Source: an uncultured Planctomycetota bacterium (GTDB taxonomy: Bacteria > Planctomycetota > Planctomycetia > Isosphaerales > Isosphaeraceae). From it: 64,000 nt of DNA. Below are positions 55,401-64,000 of this stretch, piece after piece (within the stretch, counting starts at the first letter, position 1; the number at the start of each line of letters is the position of its first letter). Location of the stretch: contig CAWJTV010000011.1 in NCBI GenBank assembly GCA_963845755.1, positions 192,001 to 256,000 on the forward strand, in the 5' to 3' direction. Below the pieces are notes generated by a model, which was not told the origin of the DNA, ran no database searches, and was given only the letters and a program-made list of their open reading frames with translations. The position numbers and the translations under genes are program-made.

Positions 55401-58400
55401 TCGCCACGACCGGCGCCGGCCACATGATCGCGGCGAAGTCCCGAAGCGAGTTCCCCAACCGCTGCTCGGTCGACGCCGCCGTCTCCCATTCCAGGAGCTT
55501 CCGTCGGGTCACGAAGAGCCGCACCAGCGTGCGAACCACCGCGTCGAGCAGGTGCCAGGCCCGATACGCCAGGAAGACGATCTCCAGCACAACCTGGCCG
55601 ATCGTGGCGGGCAGTTTCTCCCACGCCTTCTTGACCGGCGTCACGGACCGGCTGCGAACACTGCCGATCGCGACGGTCAGGATCATCTGGAACAAAGGCA
55701 GTGCGAAGACCACCAGGCCCATCGCCGTCCAGAACCACGGCGAGCCGGGCAAGACCGTCCAGCCCAGGACCAGGAGCAGTAAGAGCGCGGGGGGAATCAG
55801 GCTGCGGCGGAGATTGTCCAGCAGCTTCCATCGCTCGAGGAGGGGCAGAGGGTTGGTATGCCAGGCCAGCGATCCTCCGGAAGGCCTTCGGTCGGACTCC
55901 GGGCAGGTCCGAGAGACTCGCGCCCGGCACTCGATCGGGTTTCGTCTTTCCTGACCACTGGCCGCTGACCACCGACCACCGTTCCGCCCAGCCACGGCAG
56001 GAGCTGCCAGTCGCCCCGGACCCAGCGATGCTCGCGGCGCGCGTAGGCGTGGTAGGCGGCCGGGAAGTCGTCGAACAGCTCGGTGTCGCTGAGCAGGCCG
56101 CATCGCGCGTAATTGCCCTCGATGAGGTCGTGGCTGAGGATGCGGTTCTCCGGGAAGGTCGTCGCCGGTGGCCGCCTCGAAGGCGTCGACGTCGTAGATG
56201 CCCTTGCCGGTGAAGCTGCCGATGCCGAAGAGGTCCATGTAGGCGTCGGAGGCCGCGGTCGAATAGGGGTCGATACCGCCGGAGGTCGCCAGCATCGCGG
56301 CGAAGCGCGAGCGCGTGGCCGCCGCCAGGTGGAAGCTGATCCTCGGCTGGAGCACGCCGTAGCCGGCGACGACCCGGCCCTGAGACGGGTCGAACCGCGG
56401 CCCGGTTCAGTGGGTGGGCCAACGAGCCGACCAGGCGACCGGCCGTGTCGCGCGGCATCTGGGTGTCCGCGTCCAGCGTGATGACGAAACGGATCCTCGG
56501 CAGGCTGGACGGCTCCGCGCTGCACACGGAATAGCTGGTGTCTTGGGCGCCGCGGAGCAGCGTATTGAATTCCAGCAGCTTGCCGCGCTTCCGCTCCCAG
56601 CCCATCCAGCAGCCTTGCGACGCGTTCCAGAGCCGTCGGCGATGGAATAGGAAGAAGCGGTCCGGGCCGCCCTCGCCGTCGCGATAGCGTTCGTTCAGGC
56701 CGCGCACCCGCTCCAGGGCGTCGCGAATCAGCTCGTCATCCTGGGGCATGGTCTCGTGCGGGGCGTCGGCGAAGTCGGTTAACAAGGCGAACCGGAGGCT
56801 CGGGTCGGGGTTGGTCAGGTAGTGCGTCTCCAGCCGCGCGGCCAGCGTCCCGGCGCTGGAGGCCCGGGCGAGCATCGCGGGGATCACGATCATCGTCGCG
56901 TGTTCGGCCGGGATCCCATCCTTGAAGTCGAGCTTGGGAAGGACGCGGGGGGGCAGCAGCAGGGTGAGCAGGTGGTTGACCAGCCCCACCGCCAGCTCGG
57001 AGAGCGGCAGCAGGAGGACCGCCACCGCCAGCAGGAGCCACCACGAGACGGCCAGGGCGCCCAGTCCTGCGGCGAGTGCGAGCGTCAAGAACGTCGCCAG
57101 CAACACGGCGATGCCGCCGAAGTAGACCGTGCCCGGATGGCCCAGCACCCAGTCGAAGAGGCGCTCGTCCCAACGCGGGCGATAGTCGAAGGACGCCCTC
57201 AGGTCAGCCTGGCCCCGATCGACCAGATAGAAGCCGACGTGACCGCCGGATCGGCCGCGTTTGAGGTCGAGGCCGGATCCGGACCGGGACGGGCCAGCTC
57301 GATCGCGCGGCGCGCCACCGCGATCTCGTCGGCACCCGATCCACGGGCGATCGTCTCGACCATCCGGCGGTATCGATCGCTGGTGGCGAAGTCCTGATGC
57401 GGGTAGATCGCCGCGGGATCCTGCCGGAGGATCGCCTCGACGTGGCTGCTCTGCTCGAAGAAGGCATTCCAGTCGATCGCCGAGAGCAGGCGGAGGCTGA
57501 GCACGCAGTTGCCGACCGTGACCTGGTTGGCGGCCTGGCAGTGGTGCTCGCGGCGCAGGACCTCGTTGGGATCCGAGTCCTGTGCGGCCAGCTCGGCCTC
57601 GAGGTGCTCGAACGCGGGCATCGCGCCTTCCTGGTCGCGCAAGAGCTGCATCAGCCGGACCACGAACGGGTCGCTCAGGCCGTCGAAGTTGGGCAGGAGC
57701 CTCCCTCCCCCCAGATGGGGGAGGCTGCCGCGAAGCAGCGGGTGGGAGGGGGATGGGGAACGTGCCCCCCCCTCTGCGCTTCGGGCATCTCCCCCCAGCA
57801 AGAAGGGAGAGTTCACCCACCGTTCGGCACGGCGGCGTTCTTCCCAACCCCAGACCATCCGTTCGGCCAGGCGCCTGAGGTTTTCGAGGAGGACCAGGCG
57901 GAGCATCGTGGGCAAGGCCCAGAGCTCGCCGATCGTCAGGGGTGCGGCCTCCTGGAACGCCCGGACGAACCGGGTGATCCGCGCCTCGTCGAGCTCGCTG
58001 TCGCAGTGGGCGACCAGCGCCAGGGCCAGCGCATAGACGCGGGGATAACCGGTGAGTGGCGGGGCGGTCAGTTTGGGCAGGAGCTCGTCGTAGCCCGGCG
58101 GCAGGTCGTGGCGGACTTCCCGGAGCGAGTCGGCGATGATGTGGAAGTTGTCGACGAGCCATTCGGCGTCGATGCCCGGCAGGCTGCGGCGGTCGCCCAG
58201 GGCGACGAGCCGAAGGTGAACCTGATTGAGCACCCGCTGGTTCTCCACGAACCGGCGGAGCAAGGGGCTGCCGGCGCGACGCGCCGGCGCCAGGACGCAC
58301 GCCGTCGCCAGTCGGGCCGCGTAACCCTCCAGCCGCTCCAGGCCCAGACGCTCCGCGCGGATCGGCCCCTCACTCCGAGGGTCGATCAGAACGACCGGAA

Positions 58401-58455
58401 TCGACTCGATGTCCGGACTCGACGGGATAGTCAGTTCAACGCCTTTCGGCATCAC
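49416..58455 (-). CDS. ndvB: Cyclic beta-1,2-glucan synthase (GT84 + glucoamylase-like + GH94), several frameshifts
   Basis: EWLVDNF, GWERKRGKL, LDADT, LSHDLIEG, RWVRGDWQ, PPDNFQE, SWGGTMFEYLMP, WGISES, QSGGAYGFRDQLQD, GDWNDGMN, ENGGQYTH. Confidence 0.93.
57701..57811. repeat. Palindromic REP/RPE-like element inside the ndvB coding region
   Basis: Hairpins CCTCCCCCC-AGAT-GGGGGAGG and TCTCCC...GGGAGA; read in-frame as SPFLLGG...PSPSHPLLRGSLPHLGGGR. Confidence 0.6.
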
Positions 58456-58565
58456 AGAGATCTCGGCACTCGTCGGAACGGTCGGCTCGACCGAGGGTTG
58501 CTTCGCCCTGCTTGCATGGCTGGCTTGGTGTGCTCAACGCCTTTCGGCGTCAGGGTGAATGTCGC
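58432..58565 (+). CRISPR. Two degenerate CRISPR-repeat-like units with a 60-nt spacer; no cas genes in window
   Basis: CAGTTCAACGCCTTTCGGCATCACAGAGATCTCGGCAC (58432-58469) and GTGCTCAACGCCTTTCGGCGTCAGGGTGAATGTCGC (58530-58565). Confidence 0.4.
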
Positions 58566-59021
58566 CTCATGATCCCGTCGCAGAGTCGAGCCGGTCGGCC
58601 GGCGCGGGAATTGCCTGGACCCCAAACGCAAAGGATCCTGATTCTAGGACATCGGCCGCCTGATGAGAACCCCGTTCTCACGAGTGACGGATCGGGCTGG
58701 CCACGGAGACCGTCGGCATCAAGACATTCACGAAGGCCCCCATGAGTCAAGGATGCCGCCCGGACGTCTCGCCTGCCGTCGAGGGCCGGTCCAGGCGAAC
58801 CGAATGGGTTGAGAGCAGGTCCGGGTCCGGTGAGTCGGGCGGAACGGGCTCTCCCGGGTGAGACGCGGCGCGGTGGTATTTCCGCCTCATGGCGGTATGC
58901 CAGTCGGCCTGAATGAGCCCTTCTTTCAGACTCCGCAAGGAAACCTCGACCTGACGAGCGGACTCCTCGCGGCGATCGGGACCTCCCGAGGCCGGGGGCT
59001 TCTTCGCCTCGCCCGCGGACC

Positions 59022-59525
59022 TCAACGGCGCCCCTTGCAACCATCGACGTGATCCCGGCACATGTATTCGAGTTCAGCATGCTCCAGCGCGATCCGGCGA
59101 AGCCGATCGGCCTCCGGGTCCAGCCACTCCGGAGGCAGGGATTCCCACGATCGGGACGCGGCTTGCTGGAAGCGGACTTCCCTCTGGCGATGATCGTCGG
59201 CCTGGGTCTTGTACTCCGCGGCACGCTCCGACCACCAGGCTTCCGCATCGACCAAGAAGGCCCGGTTCGAATCCTGCTCCCCCGGGTCGTCGCTCGTAAA
59301 GACGGTGACGATCTTGCCTCGTGCCAGGGTCTCCTCGTACTCCTTGAAGCCGATGACTTTCCGTTCCGCTTTGAAGGCTAGCATCGAGAGCATCATGCGG
59401 GCACCGCCCTCCCGCAATGCCAGCCTCTCGAAATGCTCGCCCCGCCGCTTGAGATAGACCCCCCAGGCGATCAGGGCCGCCAAGGCGACCAGCACGAGCA
59501 TCGTTCGTAATCGCCACCGGATCAC
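59022..59525 (-). CDS. Planctomycete single-TM hypothetical protein
   Basis: GTG start with AGGAGG RBS; RWRLRTMLVLVALAAL N-terminus. Confidence 0.65.
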   Translation of the reverse strand: MIRWRLRTMLVLVALAALIAWGVYLKRRGEHFERLALREGGARMMLSMLAFKAERKVIGFKEYEETLARGKIVTVFTSDDPGEQDSNRAFLVDAEAWWSERAAEYKTQADDHRQREVRFQQAASRSWESLPPEWLDPEADRLRRIALEHAELEYMCRDHVDGCKGRR

Positions 59526-59769
59526 GGCCCTGCCTCCTGTAAAGGCTGCCCTCCGATTCCCTCGGCATCTTACCGTAACTCGCCCCGGCGACACGATGGG
59601 CCGGCGGTTTTTCAGCCCGGAATCGCGGATCCGCCTCACGGGCCTCGCGCGACAAGGTACCCGCAGCGCGGCCACTCTCCCGGCGGAACTCGCAGCGTCC
59701 GTTCTCATTGCAACCCAGATGGCCGATCTTGTTCGTAGGCCTACTCTGCGGATCAGCGCGCCGGATACT

Positions 59770-60457
59770 TCACGACCAAAGGAGCAATTCCAGCCTGGGC
59801 AGCCACGCATCGAAATGGGGGCATTTTGCGCGGATCGTTGGCAGGCCGATCTTCGCGGCGATCCTGGGGCCTTCCGTAACCTTGCGACCCCGATATTCGG
59901 GAATGAGGTCAATAATCCGCTTGGATGGTGCCGTCGTCTGGGCATCATTGATGTGCTCGATGGTCGGGTAGGACCCTGCAATTCTCTTCAACTCGTCAAT
60001 GGCTCGATCGCAGTGGTCGAACACGCCCCGGAAGGACTCGGGGTCAGCGAAGAGGATCGTCTCATATTCGTGAAGCTGCAAATACGGGACGAAGCGCGGG
60101 TCCCCGATGCTGTCACCGAACGCCCTTTCCAGTGCCGTGACGTAGGGGATCGGATCCTTGGGGTTGCGGCGATGAGCCTTCTTCCCAGGAAAGTCCTTCG
60201 GAAGGCCATACAAATCGATCAAGGTGGTACAGACAAGCTGCCGCTGTCGACGACCTTTCAACCCGTCCAGGATGCCGCGACGCATCGTTTCATATCGGCC
60301 GGGCACGCCGCCCCGGCTCACTCGTCCACGGTGTCTGGAGTGCTCGATCAGGATAGTATTGAACACGCCCGCGTAATGGGGAAACAGGGGGAAACAGCAA
60401 TTGATTGCAGAAAGCTTGTTCAGTCTCCCCTTCGCAGAACACGACCAGACCCTTCAC
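59770..60457 (-). CDS. DUF4276 (RloB/TOPRIM-like) protein (frameshift near 60385)
   Basis: VFCEGETE, TTLIDLYGLP, YLQLHEYETILF, TAPSKRI, CPHFDAW; GTGA overlap with the ATPase. Confidence 0.85.
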
Positions 60458-61587
60458 GCGAGCGGCCCTCCGCCGAGGACATTCTTCTCCCACAGTTCAC
60501 CAACGCTGTAATCCTTCAACCAATACCTGAGCTCTTTGGTCTTCAGGTGGTGCAGGAGAGACAGGCCCTGCCTGACATCGGCCACGATGATCTCCGCGGG
60601 TTCAAAGCGATCGAGGAAGGTCGTGGACTGAGTCGTCAAAATGACCTGGGTGTTGAGGGAAGCGGCTCGGATCAGGCCCGCGATCACCTCGATGGCGTGG
60701 GGATGCAAGCCCAGCTCGGGCTCGTCGACGACGATGACGGAAGGTAGATCCTCGCTTGGTTGCAGAAACAGGGTGATCAAGGCCATCGCACGCAGCGTGC
60801 CGTCGGAAAGGTGGTGAGGCCCGAAAACATACTCACTTCCCGTCTGCCTCCAGTTGAGGAGGATGTTTTTCAGATGAAGGCGTTGGGGTTCGAGAACGAA
60901 GTCGTCGAACGAAGGCATGATGTGGCGAACCGAAGCGACAATTCGATTGTAGGTGTTTGGCTTCGTCTCTCGGTACAGGTAGAGCATCGATGCCAGGTTG
61001 CCGCCGTCGGAGTACAGACTTTGATTGGCTTCGATGTAACCGGGCTGTCGAATCCTCGCCGTTACAGAGGTGTCATGGAAATGGAAAACTCGGAATTCGC
61101 TGAGGAATCGGAGGGTCTCCTTTTCTGTTCGATAGATGCGTTCTTCCCCTTCAGGTACTCCAATCCGATTCAGGCTTGTCTCTGCATGAAATCCGCTCGC
61201 GAAACTGGTCTCCCGAGGATCGGTGGATCCCTGCCCAAGCGGGCCTAGGCGTTCCTCGGTGAATATGAGAAGATCGGGCAGCGCGTAGGTAAGATGGAAG
61301 AAGTAACGATATGAGACAGCTTCTAACTCGAAATCTAGCTCCGCCTCGACATCTCGCGTCGATTTCAACCCGTGGTGCAACACCGCATCAGCCCCACCCT
61401 GCATTCCGATGTAAACTTGGAGACGCCGTCCGGCGAGTTCATTCAACAATCGAAAGAACGTTACGAAGTTCGATTTTCCCGCGCCGTTCGCGCCGATGAG
61501 GACATTGATCGGCCCCAGATCGAGCTTGGGCTCGATGTCCCGGATGGATTTCCAACCTGCGATGCGGATGCTGTGAAGGCGTGCCAT
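60454..61587 (-). CDS. AAA_21-type (ABC-fold) predicted ATPase
   Basis: IGANGAGKSN, LSDGTLR, VVDEPELGLHP, TTQS. Confidence 0.92.
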   Translation of the reverse strand: MARLHSIRIAGWKSIRDIEPKLDLGPINVLIGANGAGKSNFVTFFRLLNELAGRRLQVYIGMQGGADAVLHHGLKSTRDVEAELDFELEAVSYRYFFHLTYALPDLLIFTEERLGPLGQGSTDPRETSFASGFHAETSLNRIGVPEGEERIYRTEKETLRFLSEFRVFHFHDTSVTARIRQPGYIEANQSLYSDGGNLASMLYLYRETKPNTYNRIVASVRHIMPSFDDFVLEPQRLHLKNILLNWRQTGSEYVFGPHHLSDGTLRAMALITLFLQPSEDLPSVIVVDEPELGLHPHAIEVIAGLIRAASLNTQVILTTQSTTFLDRFEPAEIIVADVRQGLSLLHHLKTKELRYWLKDYSVGELWEKNVLGGGPLA

Positions 61588-61659
61588 GGGATCGGGCCAA
61601 TCGGAAAGTTGACGATCTCGGGTTGTGGAACAAGTCGGGGGACAACCTCCAGGGACTGA

Positions 61660-64000
61660 TTATAACGCCTCGGCCCGTGGTCCGGGCAGTTCGTGGACGA
61701 AGACCACATCGCGCGGGAGGTGCGTCCGGGCCAGGTCGATCATGTGGCGGTGGTGCGTGAAGAAGAGGACCTGGGTGTCGCCGGGAGAGCTCGGCCAGGG
61801 CCACAAGGGCGGCGGTGGCGCGGCGGTCGTCGAAGTTCAGCAGGATGTCGTTGACGATGAACGGGATCGGCTCGTGGGCCTGGAGCCACGCTTCCAGGCT
61901 GGCCAGCCGGAGGCGCGAGATAAAGCTGGTCGTGCGAGCCGTCGCTCATGCCGTTGACGCTCACGAGCCGGCCGTCGGGACGGACTCCTTTGAGGATGGA
62001 ATGGCCGTCGCCGTCGTCGTCGATCTGGAGCCGGGCGAACGAGCCACCGGTCAGGGCGGCAAACAGGGCGCCGGCGCGGGCCAGGATCGGTCCCTGGTTC
62101 TTCTCGCGATACCGCTCGATGCTCCGATGCAAGACCCCCGCGGCCAGCTTGAGCGTCGCATATCGCGCGATGTCCCCCTGGAGTTGGGCCAGGATTGTCT
62201 GGGCCTTCTCGGCGCTGTCGGCGGCACCCGCTCCGCTGTTCATGCGGGCCAGCTCGCCCCGCTCGGTGCCGATGGTCTGATCTACCCGGCGCAGGGCGTC
62301 TTCATGGTCGGAGATCCGGGCCTCCAGCTCCTCAAGAGCGAGGTCCAGGGCGTCGGGATCGGCCTGCTCCACGTCGGCGGCGAAGGACGCCGGATCGGCA
62401 CCCGAGGCGACGACGAGCAGTTGCTCCTCGCAGGCGGCGAGGTCGGATTCGATCCGGGCACGATCCTGCGAGCGCCGTTCGGCTTCGGAGACCTGGTCGA
62501 ACGCGGTGCAACCCGCCTCCTGGCAAAGCCGTTCCAGGCGGATTCGTGCTTCCGAAGACTGAGACTCGCCCGCGCGGAGGCTCGCCTCCGCACGCTGCCG
62601 ATGCTCGGTCAGCGTGACCCGTTTCTGGTCGTCGGCCTGGGCGTCGCGCAGGCGGCCGGCCAGCGCGCGAGCGGCCTCGCCGGCCAAATGATCGGCGAGA
62701 TCCGGCGCGACGCGCGACGCCAGCGCCGCCACATCCGTCGCAAACTGGTCCGCGTCGCGCTCGATGCCGCGAATCCGGCTCTGGTGGCTGCGCCGATCGT
62801 TCAGCTTTTCCTGAAGCTCGCCGATCTTCGTCAGGAAGACCTCGGCTTGCTCAGGTGCGGCCCCGGCGTCCAGTCCGAGGCGTGCCATCTTCACCGACCA
62901 ATCACTCTTCCAGCCGTCCAGCGCGGTCTCGGCCGCCTGGAGCGAGAGCTGGGCCGTGTCCCGCTCGCTCCGGGCCGCGGCGAGCTTGGTCTCCAGCTTG
63001 GTCCGTTTCTGGCCGAGGTCGTCCTGCCGCTTGATGATCAGCTCGGCCTGCTCCAGCGATTCGGACAGCTCGGAGCCCGATCCTGCTGAGAACGACTCGC
63101 CGACCTCGGCCTGGGCCTTGCTCATCACCGCGCACTGGCGGGTCATCTCGTTTTCCAGAGGCTCGACAGCGTGACGGGCCTCATCCCGTTTTTCGACGAG
63201 CTGGAGGACCTCCTCGCGACGGCGCAGCCAGGCGCGGAGCTCGACCGGTGTCCCTGCCTGGGACTCGATGCCCAGTGGACTGGTCAGGGAGCGCCATTCC
63301 CGATCGAGAGAGGCCCGGCGGTCATCGAGCAACTGGCCCTCACGTTCGAGCGCCGTGCGGAGGCCGCGGTGCTCGTCGATCTGGGCGAGCCACTCCGCCT
63401 TGCGGGCGACGCGGTCGGCCTCGCGGCGCAGGCGGTCGGCCAGCTCATCACCGCGCCAGACGCTCTGCTCGTAGGCCGAGGCCAGTGGGCCTCCCGGGGC
63501 GAACTCGGCGAGGAATGGGTTGATCAATTCCCCTTCCGATCCGCCATCGAGCCACGCGGCCTTGACCAGCCGCCAGCCCTGCTCCCGACGCGTGCGCACG
63601 GCCAACAGGGCCTCCTCGGTGGGCACGTCGTGCTGGAGCTCCAGCGACTGCAACCGGGTCTCGAGGTCGCGGATGGCGTCATCTTCCGCGGCCAGTCGTT
63701 CGTCGCGTATCTGCCGCTCTCGGGTGAGGTCCTGGAACCGGGTTTCGTACAGGTCGATGGTGGCGTTCAAGGGCACGGCCAGGCCCTGGAGGACTTCGGC
63801 GGATCGGCTCCAACCGGGAAGCTGTGCCAGCGCGGTCGCCGCCTTCTTCTCGGCGCGGGCGAGCTTGCCGCGGGCCTCGGTCAGCCGGGTATCGAGGTCG
63901 CCGGCCTTGCGTGCCTGGCGGACCGCGCGGCGGAGCGGTTCGACATCGCGCGGGATCACCAGGTCGGCGAGGTCCTTCTCCTGCCGACGGATCTGGTCAT
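61660..64000 (-). CDS. YhaN-like SMC/AAA_27 coiled-coil protein, C-terminal part (frameshifts near 61915 and 61780)
   Basis: Long coiled coil; MSDGSHDQLYLA(L)RLA, PFIVNDILLNFDD, QVLFFTHH. Confidence 0.85.

Overview
GC-rich planctomycete DNA (Isosphaeraceae-like, inferred from DUF1501/DUF1553/DUF1559 genes, ECF-kinase pairs, LExLExR-type secreted proteins and REP/heptamer repeats). At least a dozen otherwise intact genes carry single-base frameshifts, mostly in G/C runs, which points to uncorrected long-read indels rather than true pseudogenes. Left end: an Mx162-like retron (SWIM+WGR gene, candidate AT-rich msr-msd ncRNA, reverse transcriptase). Next come LRR, DUF1501-mscL-DUF1553, a solitary attC-bounded two-gene cassette, DUF1559/ECF/kinase clusters, a GH13 gene and an IS4 element inserted into a GTAG-REP doublet. 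Middle (28-41.6 kb): a TIGR02999-type ECF sigma factor is separated from a Ser/Thr kinase by about 10 kb of genes (PGRS-like and RTX-like secreted proteins, FHA, WD40), with five copies of a TGACG-N18-CGCAT promoter-like motif, suggesting a local regulon. Right part: ABC transporters, an orphan AbrB antitoxin, a divergent RelA/SpoT-like gene with a small partner, cyclic beta-1,2-glucan synthase with two CRISPR-repeat-like units at its start, an AAA ATPase + DUF4276 pair, and a partial YhaN-like gene. Family assignments come from motif recognition; no searches were run.
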